From Mobula hypostoma (Eukaryota), in NCBI RefSeq assembly GCF_963921235.1, contig NC_086097.1:209500001-209564000 (forward strand): 64,000 nucleotides of DNA. The letters are read 5' to 3'. The notes beneath the pieces were generated by a model, which did no database searches, had not been told where the DNA came from, and saw only the letters and a program-made list of their open reading frames with translations. Below are positions 1 through 12,700 of this stretch, in pieces. The stretch's first letter is position 1, and every line of letters begins with the position of its first letter. Made by a program: the position numbers and the translations under genes.

Positions 1-49
1 GATACTTGAGTGCCAACAGAGCTTTTGATTTGCTGAGCAGCAATCCAGA

Positions 50-330
50 AAAAGTGGGCATAGATTTAACATGAGGATGAGATATTTAATAGAAATCTGC
101 AGGGCAACTTTTTCACCAGGGAATAGTCCATATATAGAATCAGCTGCCAAAGGAAGTGGTTAAAGCAGGTACATTAATAATATTTGAAAGGTACTTGGAC
201 AGGTAAATGGATAAGAACATTTTAGAAGGATATTGGCCAAACACAGGCAAATGGGACTAGCATAAACAAAAATCTTGGTCGCTATGAACCATTTGGGCTG
301 AAGAACCTGCTTCTGTGCCGGATGACTCTG
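50..330 (+). mobile_element. CR1 LINE 3' fragment (degraded)
   Basis: Same ORF2 C-terminus and 3' UTR pattern as the other CR1 tails in the window. Confidence 0.7.
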
Positions 331-344
331 ACATAATAAACACC

Positions 345-1143
345 ACTGAAACACCTTCAATAAATTCACTAAAGGCACAACTGTTGTTGAGAGAATGTCA
401 AATGGAAATCAGGAAGTGTACAGGAGTGAGATAAGTTGAATGGTTGAATGCAGTCGCAACAACCTCGCACTCAGTGTCAGCAATATCAAAGAATTGATTG
501 TGAACATCATGAAGGGGAACTTGGGAGTCTTCACTGAGCTGTCAGCAGTGGAAAAAGTGAGCAGCTTCGCGTTTCTGGGAGTCAACATCTCAGAGGATCT
601 ATCAACACATTGGTGCAATCACAAACAAGACATGCCAGTGGCTCTGTAGGAGTTCAAGGACATTCGATATGCCACCAAAGACTCTCACACATTTCTATAC
701 ATGTAGAGTGGAGAGTATTCTGACTGGTCGCATAATAGCCTGGTATGGAGGTTCCAACATGTAGGATCGCAAGAGGCTGCAGAAGGTTGTAGACTCAGCC
801 AGTTTCATCATGGGTATAACCTTCCCCACCTTTGAGGATATCTTCAAGAGGCTTTACTTTAAGAAGGCATCATCCGAGACATGCACTTTTCTTGCTACTG
901 CAGGGAGGAGATATTTCAGCCTGAAGGCTCGCATTCAGCAATTCAGAAAATGCTTTCTCCCCGCTGCCATCAGATTTCAGAACTGTCCGTGAATCCATGA
1001 ACATTATCCTGTTATTATATTTTTGTGTAATTTATTTATTTTGTAATTTAGAGTAAGTTCATGTCTTTGCACTGCACTACTACTGAGAAACAACAAATTC
1101 AACTTCATATAAGACAAAGATAATAACCCTGATTCTGATTCTG
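345..1143 (+). mobile_element. Rex1/Babar-type LINE 3' fragment
   Basis: Broken RT C-terminus (NNLALSVSNIKELIV, FLGVNISEDLS, FLPAAIRF) and a (GATTCT)n tail. Confidence 0.8.
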
Positions 1144-1784
1144 ACATGGATGGGAAAGGTTTAATGTGAAATGCAGGCAAATGGATCTACCTTAGCTACA
1201 GTCTTAGTCAGCATGGGTGATCTAGAGCTAAAGTGCCTACGTCCCTGCTGTATTACTCTAGGACCCTGAACATGGCCACCTCTTTTGTACTGGTCCATGT
1301 TGATTACATTGGCGCAGACTGTGCACCTCCCTCGTTGCCATTTCCCAAAAGGACCATTGGCTAACAGCTTGCACATTACAACAAAATATTCCCTCAGTTT
1401 TAAAGCCACTGGTACATCCTAAGTGTCACAATAGGTACCATATTCTGCAAGTTCTTTCTTTCTTTCATTGTGCAGTCATTTTGGCACAGTATTTACAACT
1501 TCTATTTTTGAGATTGGAAATTAAGTTTGAAAACCAATAATTGCATAGTGTAAATATTTTGTGCTTTGCAATCAGACAGTAAACTAAGCCCATGCACCAT
1601 CACTCTTAGACTGAAACGAATGTTTTAACTGTGCTTAATAAGAGGTGCTGAGTAATAAACCTTTAATTATCATGTTATAAGGAATAAGTATATGCCTGGC
1701 AAGGAACTGAGATGTTAAAAGTATTTATAGGCTACCAGTAATAAATGCTGTGGAAAATGCAGCTATTTTGTTGAAGTACAAACA

Positions 1785-2510
1785 GCTTCTTCCCCTCTGC
1801 CAGCCGATTCCTGAATGGACTTTGAAGCTTTGGACACTACCTCACTTTTTTAATATACAGTATCTCTGTTTTTGCACATTTTAAAATATATTCAATATAC
1901 ATAATTGATGTACTTGTTTATTTATTATTATATTTTATTTATTTTTTTCTCACTCTCTTTCTGCTAGATTATGTATTGCATTGAACTGCTGCTGCTAAGT
2001 TAACAAATTTCATGTCACATGCCAGTGATAATAAACCTGATTCTGATTTAAAAGATTAATCCAACTGCAACAGGAACATATCTTCAACATGACTTTAAGA
2101 TTTCCACCTGTGCAGTATTGGTCTCTAAGAAATGTCCTCATTTCTCACACAATTTTTTACATAATGCTCTGACTAAACTTAACAAACCAGCTTCTCCCCC
2201 CACCATCAGATTTCTGATTTGTCCATGAATCCACGAACATCATCTCATAATTCCACTTTTATGTATTTTTATTTATTTCGTAATTTATAGTAATTTTATA
2301 TCTTTGCACTACATGGCTGTTGCAAAACAACGAATTTCACCTCATATAAGATAGTGATAATAATCCTGATTCTGCTTCTGACATGATAGAAAAAGCTTAA
2401 AGTGATATGCAAAATGTAGCCAAATGGATCGGACAGCTGAGCACCTTGGTCAGTGTGAACTGATTGAGCCGAAGGGCCTATTTCCATCCTATATTACTCT
2501 ATGACTCTAA
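1785..2510 (+). mobile_element. Cluster of short LINE 3' tails (two Rex1-type, one CR1-type)
   Basis: aataaacctgattctgatt near 2030-2048, a similar tail near 2360-2380, and a CR1-type tactctatgactct end near 2495-2510. Confidence 0.6.
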
Positions 2511-3513
2511 GAATGGAGCTGGGGTGATGGAAAAGGTTCAAAGATCTAAAGCATTGGGACTTCCCTGTCTTTATTTTTCTCTAGTTTACCATAGACATGG
2601 AGCAGGTCACAGACATGCAATAGATACAGCGTTAGTGTGGCAACTTCATTGCCATCTCTCCTAAATCACCTCTCTTTGCTTGCCAGAAGCACTGAATTAA
2701 AGAGTCCACTTTACCCAGGATCGTCTTTCAGATTGACAAGCCTAAGTGAGCCACCATTAAGTTAAATGTGACCTTTTTGATGGCTATGTTTGGATTTTGG
2801 ATGGTGGAAACTTTCTTGCTATATCTAGTAAACTGCAAAAGCCAGAGTGAACCACAAAGTTGTAAGATACTCACACTCACAGCAGCATTCCTAATTCCAC
2901 CGATGACAAAGTACTGCCTGGGATTATCATATGCTGAGGGTCCAACCAATTCACATTACTGACCTAACCTGAATAAATGGAGCTTGCAACAACTAAAATA
3001 TATATATAGCAATATCCAGCACATGAGCCTGAAGAGAATAACATTTAGTTCACTTTATCTAATACATTACAGTTATGTATAAGCTATGATTTCAACCAGT
3101 TTTTATTGAGCTTCTGATTCAAATTAGAAATTACAGGAGTCTTAGCAATAATACTCTAGCCTGGAAACAAAAAATACTCTGCAGAGTAGGTAGTATGAAA
3201 AAATAGCTTATAAAAGAAGTTAAAGAGGTACATAAATTGTCAAAATTAATGCTTTTGTCCACCTTTTCAAAAATAACTGTTCAAAAACTTAATAGGTATA
3301 ATGTGGAGTAGGCAGTTAAATTAATAAACATTTGATATATAGACTTTGGCTCTATGTAATAATATTCACTGTTCACAGTTGGGATGGACAATAAATTTTA
3401 CCTTAAAAGTTGTCAGAATAGTAATTGACTCTTTTGTAAGATAATTTTTAAGATATTTCTAATTTCAAAGTAAGTTACTAATATACAGTGTACACTGCAC
3501 TTTGAAATTCCAG

Positions 3514-3748
3514 GTTACTCTCCCAGATGGCATAGGCCATCCCTGGAAGATTCGTCTCGGACTTGGGAAACCAGCAAAGAAAACTAATTCTATAACATCT
3601 CCTCTATTACTTTCCTATTTTAAGATGCAAAACATAACTACTCTAGCTGCATTTAGCTACTCTATTCAGGAGTACCTTCCTGTGTCTTCTAATGGTGATA
3701 AATGGCTGGAATTCCCTGTGGAATGGCCACAGAGACCTGCCTTAAGTG
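3514..3748 (+). CDS. PLAT gene exon (VTLPDGIGHPWKIRLG...WLEFPVEWPQRPALS)
   Basis: ttccag acceptor and G|gtgagt donor (phase 1); resembles the second half of a PLAT domain. An alternative acceptor at 3489 is possible. Confidence 0.75.
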
Positions 3749-6700
3749 GTGAGTATAAAATCCTGATAAAAATACTTTATTGTATTCAGTGTTTTATCTT
3801 GTAATGATACATGCTGATAGCTAGAAGTAGACTCGCCATGTTTTTTTCAGTGCAATACAACACAAAATCATACATGGAATGAAATACATTAGCAACTATT
3901 TTAATATGTAATCGTACTAATCCCAAAATTGGAGCAGGCATTTATTTCAAATCACACTTCACTGGTGCACTAATTGTTTTTCTGGTAACAGGTAACCTAA
4001 TGACAACATTTGACTTGAAAGGCACATTTGAGTCTCTATCTGCATGAACTGAACCCTATAACTCCAAGACCATAGGGGAACACTCGGTGAAACGAAAAGC
4101 ATATTGGTATTGGTGTATTATTGTCACATGCCCAAGATACAGTGAAAAGCTTGGCATGCATACTGCTTATACAGATCAGGTCATTATACAGAGCATTGAG
4201 CTAAGAGAAGGTAAAACAATAATAATGCACAGAATGTTCTTGTTTTATCTGCGGTTTGAAGGCAAATCTGACCAGTCAGCTTCAGAACTGACTACAGTCT
4301 TCTCAAACCCATCCAGTTCAAACAGCATGGTGCAACTAACAGATAGTGAATCTTCTGGTGCTTCTTTGTCGAGCTGCTCATTCAATAGGTGAAATCAATG
4401 GCAGATTCCGTTATTGGAACCATAAGCAAACATGTAGGCAAGAGTCTTTTGGACAGAAGGCAAAATCAGCTACAAAGAACCCACTCCTATAAATTGTTCA
4501 GAGACATTATCATATTCTTGTCAAAATCTATCATCATATTAGCCTAAGAAAGATAGTCAAGGCTCTACATTCATAAAGGAGTGTTTATTTGATTACAGTA
4601 TGGAATGCACACCCAACTAAGGCTCTGGGATCTGACAGTATTCCCAATTTTTCACAAATGACAATAGCCATTGACTGCATTCAGGCATCCAGAAGGTTAC
4701 TGTCATGGATTAAGATATCCAGACTTCATCATAAACAGAGAGAGTTTCCACTCTCTAATGATCCAGGTGATTATCAATTATAAGTTCCTGATGGTGAATC
4801 CCATGTTTTCCAACAAGTTCCATTTCTCCTTCAGCCTAAGTGAGTCTACACATCCATCTATTTTAACAGTCTGTACTGTCCTATGAGATGAACCTAAGTG
4901 ACAAGGTCTTCTCTCTCTTTCCCATAGCTGCTTTTGTAATTTCTAACTTTTGCCACAGCAGCTGTGAGCAGTTACAACAAAGCCAGTAAAGTACCAGACA
5001 CCCTACAGTTTCTGGCTTGCAGCTGGGTGACCCATTGTGTGCTGAGTACTACACAAACATCGTGTACCAAACACAGCAGTCAATGATGTGCTGAGTGTAT
5101 CAGACAGAGCCCAAAGACCAACAGGAGCAGGAGGACCTTAAAGAAAATGGGAGGACAACTCTGTTCAACATTAAAAAACAAGCCATCTTCCAGCTGAATA
5201 TGGAGGCAGGCATTGTCTACACGAGGTATAAAGAACTCATTGATAGGGAAGCATGTAATCTCAGCAACACATAAAATTATAGAGGAACCCAGCAGGCCAG
5301 GCAGCATCTATGAAGGGAAATGGACAGTTGATGTTTTGGGTTGAGACCCTTCAACTGGACTGAATAGCAGAGGGGAGATACCCAGTATAAAAAGGGGAAG
5401 AGAAGGACAGTGGATGAGCTGGCAGGTGATAGGTGGATCCTGGGGCAGATATGCAGATAAAGGAGGGGAGAGTGGAAATGGCATCAGAAAGTGAGAGGTG
5501 ATAGGCGGAAGTGAGAAAGGGCTGAAGATGATCGAATCTGATAGGACAGGAAGTTGGAGCATGGAATAAAGGGAGGAAGATAGGGCAGGCAGAGGGGAAA
5601 TTCATCAGTGGGAGGGGTGTGTTGGTATGGGGGGGAGGGGAAATTTCAACCTCTTCCCTCCACCTTTTTCTACTGGCTATTTTCCCACTACCTTTCCAAA
5701 CAGATGAAGGGTCTCAACCCAAAATGTTGCCTGCCCATTTCCCTCCTTAGATACTGCCTGACCTGTTGAGTTCCTTCAGTATTTTGTGTGTTACTCCAGA
5801 TTCCAGTATCTGCAGTCTCTTGTGACTTCATCTCAGCAGCCTGCAAAATAAGTTACCTACTTCACATCCAACTAACCTTACATACCAATAACCCAGAATG
5901 TGCATGAAGTAGGTAATCCTTTTAATTCAACAATATCCCTGCCTACTGAGAAACAATCAAAGATTTCCTTGAACATATTAATACAAAATGTACAACATAA
6001 ACAACTTTTCCATAATGAACGAATCCGTATTCTACTTACATAAATTGTTTGCTAAAGATCTCTGTATTCTGCATACAGGATTATTGGTATGGGCTGCCTT
6101 GCATATTGGTCTCCTTTTTCTTTGTGTTTTCTTTCTTGTTGCTGATTGGTGGGTGGTCAATATGTTACTTTTTTGGTTGAGGGAGGTGTTGTAGCGTGGA
6201 TGAAATTACCGGAGAGACAGAGTCACTGGTAGATACAAAGCAGCTTCTTTATTCAACACACTAAGGTACAGCAGGCATCTACGTACTGAGACGCTTTCCA
6301 CAGAAAGGCCTGCTAGCTCAATGTGGGCTCGATATTTATATGCTAAAGACAAAGGCAATCGCTACTTAAAAAGTTATAGACAATGCTTAGACAATGTTTC
6401 CTATTAAAGCTACATACAAAATATCACACCATCCTTTCCTTCTGACGCCAACATGTCTGGGTTGGTATCCACAGCCTTTTGTCAAATAGTTAATGTATCT
6501 ATGATACATTTTTTTGACATTTCCTGTGCTAATATAGAAGACAATTAATATTTATAATGTATTGATAATACTGTCTTCGAAACTACAGCATTAAGTAAAA
6601 TTACGGCGTCAGAAGCATCTGGTATTCACACCTTTTATGAAGCCCATTGTGGTGGACTCAATCCACAGCCCTTTGTCAAATAGTTAAAATAGAAGTCTGG

Positions 6701-9700
6701 TGGCCAAAGTCATTTCAGTGTAAACAAATCATCTACCCAAAAAAAATTCACTCTAACAGGAGGGGTTGGGGTGTTGATGTTATTGCCGCTGTTTTTTGTG
6801 CATGAGAGTCTTGAGAGTCAGGGGATTGATGACTTAGCTGGCTAAGTCCAGGTGGGCGATATGTTAGTTTCTGTGTGAGGGAGGGGTTGGGTGATGTGGG
6901 GTTTGTGAGTTTTGTTTCTTCTTCTTTTTCGTGCAAGAGGAGGTTTGATACCTTTTCTTTCAAACGATCACCATGGTTTTTCTTTATTTCATGGCTATCT
7001 TGTGAAGACAAACCTCAGAACTGTATTCTGCATACATACTTTGATAATAAAATAAATCTTTGAACCATTGAACCTTTAGAACTCCTGGCTGTGTAGAAAA
7101 TATACTTTTCTGAAATGATGTCCACTCTGTAGGTGTAAACAGTGGTCAAGAGATTGAACACTTTATACTGCACATTATTACTGTAGCCAGAAGAGCTGAG
7201 GGAATTATATCACAGTATTTTGATTAGAAGATTAGGAAGACACACGGAGGGACAAAAATTCAAGGTTTTGAAGTCCACATTTCTTTGATGACAAGAAATC
7301 ACTCACGGAATTACAAGTGTACATCTCTTTAAAGCACAGTATTACTTGATTACAGCAGCATATTGAATGGGAAAAACTGTCAACCCTCATTGTTAAGGTT
7401 ATCACATTTCACTATACTTACGATAACTGAATGTGATCAATACATTGTCAAGCTTTCCTCCACTTTTGACCAGCTCTATCTCACCTATCCTTTTTGCTTT
7501 TAATCCTAGGATAGAGAGGCTCTCCTGGAGAGGGAGCAACATATATCCAGTGAACACTTTATTAGCTACCTCCTGTAACTAATAAAGTGGCCACTAAATG
7601 TATGTTAATCGTCTTCTGCTGCAGTAGCCCATTCACTTCAAGGTTCAGTGGGTTTTGTATTCAGAGATGCTCTTCTGCACACCACTGTTGAAATGCATAG
7701 TTATATGAATTACTGTCGCCTCCCTTTCAACTTGAACCAGTCTGGCCATTCTCCTCTGACCTTTCCCATTAACAAGACATTTTCACCCACAGCTTAGTGG
7801 ATGTTTTTTTCTGTTTTTGGCTCCATCCTCTATAAACTCTAGAGACTGTCGTATGTGAAAATCCCAGAAGAACAGCAGTTTCTGAGATACTCAAACCGCC
7901 CCATCTGGCACCAACAATAATTCCATAGTCAAAGTGATGTTTAGCTTGAACAACAATTGAACCTCTTAACCATGTCTGCATACTTCTATGCATTGAGTTG
8001 CTGCCACATGATTGACTGATTAGGTAATTGCATAAACAAGTACATGTACAGGTGCAGATAACAAAGTGGCCGCTGAGTGTGTGTGTTACTGCCCATTATG
8101 CTACAGGCGTTTAGGGCAGCAATGAAGGTCCTCTATCTCTGGTGGTGTTCAAGGCTTTCTACATCATGTCAGTAGCTTCCTCTCAGTTTTCAACACTGTC
8201 AGTCATGCAAGTCCCGCATGGAGACTCAGGAATACCATCACACTCAGATGCAGAAGGATTCTTCATTGCTATTTAGGTAACAATATTTTTTTTTACCATT
8301 CAGAGTTGTTAGCCCTGAGCTGAATCCCCCAAACCTGGAGGACCGATGGACCACTCTGGCCTCTACTCTTTGATCTGTCTGGCATGGGTGACCCCACCAA
8401 GAGCCAAAGCATAGCTTCAGCCAACATAGCTCTCCAAGTCATTGAGGCACACAAGCCTCCAAACCACACTGAGTCGGATAATCCACACCAGGGGTGCATG
8501 AAACGAGCTACTTTCAAATCAGGGTATGATCGAGAATTTAAAAGCAGAGTTTTTCCGATTTGAGGGGCAATCAATCAGCAAGTTGTATTGCATAAAAAGA
8601 GCTACCTTTCAGTCAGGTCTGCGTTCAAGATTTAAAAAGCAGAGCTTCAAGCCAGTTTTCTCTGAGTTGGACAATCAACACCAGGGGTGCATACTTTTAA
8701 ATCAGGGTGGCAATCGAGATTTCAAAATCAGATTCATGGCACTTTTTCTGATTTGAGGAGTGATTCAGCAAGAGGGATACATTAGAAAGGGCCAATAAGA
8801 ATAATTCAAGTGCAAGTGCCGGGATCATTCTATTGACTGTGCTAGTCTTTAGAGTGGTTTTGGCTCATTAGGTGAGATCAGATTTGTACGAGGTACATTG
8901 TCTGGTAAGTTACTCTCTCTGTATTCTTATTTGTTCATTCCTCATCTATTAATGCATTGTATCGTGAGAATGGCTCCAGAGGCAGTATTTTGTGCTGCAT
9001 GTGGGATGTGGGAAGTTTGGAGACCAGGTGTACTGAGCTACAGGTCCTGAGAGAATGTATTAAGGGGCTGGAGTTGCAGCTCGATAACCTTTGACCCATA
9101 CGGGAGAATGAGGAAGTGATACAGGGAGGTAGTCACCCTCTGGTTGCAGGAGACAGGTAACTGGAGAAGAAGGGGAAAGGCACAGCCAGTGCAGAGTACA
9201 CCTGTGGCTGTAACTTCAGATACTGTTGAGGGGAACGACCTACTGGGGGAGCCACAGTGATTAGCTCTCTGGCACTGAGTCTGGTGCTGTGGCTCAGAAG
9301 AACAGAGAGGTGAAGAGGACTGCAGTGTTGATAAGAGATTATTTAGTTAGAGGAAAAGAGATGAGATTTTGCGGGCATGATAGAGACACCCAGATGATAT
9401 GTTTCTCTCCTGGTGCTAGGATCAGGGATGTCTCGAATCGTGTCCATGGTACGCTCAAGTGTAAGGGTGAGCAGCCAGAAGTCTTGGTACATACTGGCAC
9501 CAATGACCTAGGTAGACAAGGTAAAAAGGTCTTGAAGAAAGATCTTAGGGAGTTAGGTAGAAAGCTGAAAGGTAGGATCTCCACGGTAGTAATCTCTGGA
9601 TTGCTGCCTGTGCCATGTGCCATGTGCCATTTTAAAAGGTGGAGAAAATCGAAAAGGGTAAATATAGGACTAAACGTGTTATGTTTGAATGTGCACAGTA

Positions 9701-12700
9701 TATGGAATAAGGTCGATGAACTTGTAGCACAGTTACAGATTGGCAAGTATGATGTTGTAGGCGTCACTGAATCATGGCTGAAAGAAGATTATAGCTAGGA
9801 GCTTAATGTACAAGGATACACATTGTATCAAAAGAATATGCAGGAAGGCAGAGGGCTTGGCGTGGCTCTGTTGGTAAAAATGAAATTAAATCATTAGAAG
9901 GATGTGATATAGGGTTGGAAGGTGTTGAATCGTTATAGATTGAGCTAAGGAACTGCAAGGGTAAAGAGACCCTGAAGGGAGTTAGATACAGACCTCCAAA
10001 GAGTAGTAAGGATGTGGTCTACAAGTTACAATGGGAGATAGAAAATGCATGCTCTAAGGGCAATGTCACAAAGCATCAATCTTCGCTGTGGAAGACACTC
10101 GCAGTATGGTGGAAGTTCCAGGTATCGGGGTCTGAAGTTTGTGCAGTTACTAGGAAAAAAGTTCTTGGGAAGCTGAAAGGTCTGAAGGTAGATAAGTCAC
10201 CTGCACTAGATGGTGTACACCCCAGGGTTCTGAAAGAGATGGCTGAAGAGATTGTGGAGGCGTTAGTAATGATCTTTCAAGAATCACCAAATTCTGGAAA
10301 GTTTCCAGAGGTCTGGGAAATTGCAAATGTCACTCCACTCTTCAAGAAGGGAGAGAGGTAAAAGAAAGAAAATTATAGGCCAGTTAGTCTGACCTCAATG
10401 GTTGGGAAGATGTTTGACTTGATTGTTAAGAATATGGTTTTAGGGTACTTGGAGGCACATGATAAAGTAGGACATAGTTAGTAAGGTTTCCTCAAGGGAA
10501 AATCTTGCCTGATAAATCTGCTGGAATCCTTTGAAGAAATAACAAGCAGGGTAGACAAAGGAGATTCAGTTGATGTTGTGTACTTGGATTTTCAGAAGGC
10601 CTTTGACAAGGCACCAGACATGAGGCTGCGTAACAAGCAACAAGCCCATGGTATTACAGGAAAGACCCTAGCATGGATAAAGCAGTGGCTGATTGACAGG
10701 AGACAAAGAATGGGAATGAAGGGAGCCTTTTCTGATTGGCTGCTGGTGACCAGTAGTGTTCCACAGGGGTCTGTGATGGGACTGATTCTTTTTACACTAT
10801 ATGTCAATGATTTAAATAATGAAATTGATGGCTTTGTTGCAAAGGTGCAAACAATGCAAAGATAAGTGGAGGGGCAGGTAATTTTGAGGAAATAGAGAAC
10901 CTACAGAAGGTCTTAGACAGCTTAGGATAATGGGAAAAGAAATGGCAAATGGAACACAGTGTCAGAAAATGAATGTTCATGCACTTTCTAAATGGAGAGA
11001 AAATACAAAAATCTGAGGTGCAAATGGATTTGGGAGTCCTTGTGCAGGATTCCCTAAAGGTTAATTTGCAGGTTGAGTCTGTGGTGAGGGAGGCTAATGC
11101 GATGTTAGCATTCATTTCAAGAAGACTAGAATATAAAAGCAAGGATGTATATGTTGAGACTTTATAAAGCACTGGTGAGGCCTCACTTGGAGTATTGTGA
11201 GGAGTTTTGGGGCCCTTATCTTAAAAAGGATGTGCTGAAACTGGAGAGGATTTAAAGGAGGTTCATGAAAATAATTCCAGGATTGAATGGCTTGTCATAT
11301 GAAAAGTGTTTGTTGGCTCTGGGTCTGTATTCACTGGAATTCAGAAGAATGAGGGGTGACCTAATTGAAAGCTGTCAAATGGTGAATAGCCTTGATAGAG
11401 TAGATGTGGAGAAGGTATTTCCTATAGTGATAGTGTCTAAGATCAGAAGACACAGCCTGAGAATAGAGGGCATCCTTTTAGAACAGAAATGAGGAGGAAT
11501 TTCTTTAGCCAGAAAATGGAGAATATGTGGAATTCGTTGCCACAGGCAGCTGTGGAGGCCAAGTCTTTATATATATATATTTAAGGCAGACGTTGATGGT
11601 TTCTTGATTAGTCAGGGAATGAAGGGATACTGAGGGCGTAAGCAAGAGATTGGGTCTGAGAGGAAAAATGGAGCCACCATGATGAAATGCAGAGCAGGCT
11701 CGATAGGCCGAGTAGCCAAATACTGCTCCAATATCTTATGGTCTTATGGTCTAAGGTTGTGGTACTCTTGCAGAGGATCTCTGAGTATAGAACAGATGTT
11801 TAGTTTCAGCATGCAACCCTGCTCATTTTTCTCTGCCTGTCACAGTGGACCCTTCCTAAGAACAGCCAAAGTGGAGGAGAAACCCCCCCTCCCCCTCACT
11901 ACTAATGGCCATCAAAGTTTTCCTCCAGCATAATGAGATGAATTGCATGCTATCATCGGGAGACATGAGAGACTGCAGATGATGGAAATTGGAGCAATAG
12001 GCAATCTGCTGGAGGAACTCAGCAGGTCAAGTAGCACCTGTGGGAGGAAAGAAATTGTTGATGTTCTTGATTGAAACCTGAAACATCAGGACTGAGTGGA
12101 GAGGCATGACAGCCAGTGTAACAAGGAGAATAGGAGCATTATTACAGGAGGGGGTCCATGTAACAAACATTGCTTGAGTGGAAAAGCAAATTGTACAGAG
12201 GATGTGGAGAGTCTGCAGACAGATATAGATAGGTTAAGTGAGTGGGCCAAGGTCTGGAAGATGGTTTACAATGTTGGTAAATGTGAGATCATCCACTTTG
12301 GAAGGAATAATAGAAGAGCAGATTATTATTTAAAAGGTGAAAGATTGCAGCATGCTCTATATGTGCAGAGGGGCTTCAGAGTGCTTGTGCATGAATCGCA
12401 AAATACTGGCTTGCAGGTGTAACAGGTTATTAAGAAGACAAACGGAATGTTGGCCTTCATTGCTGGAGGGATTGAATTCAAGAGCAGGGAGGTCATGCTG
12501 CAACTATACAGGGTACTGGTGAGGCCACACTTGGAGTACAGTGTGCATTTCTGGTCTCCATACCGGAGGAAGGATATACTGGCTTTTGGAGGCAATGCAG
12601 TGGAGGTTCACCAGGTTGATTCCAGAGATGAAGGGGTTATCCTATGAGGAGAGACTGAGTCGCCTGGGACTATACTCTCTGGAATTCAAAAGAATGAGAG

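Noticed and set aside
1318..1434. Possible extra upstream exon (LCTSLVAISQKDHWL...HPKCHN) that could join an acceptor at 3489 in phase
   Set aside because: Weak splice signals and no recognisable motif; cannot be supported without transcripts.
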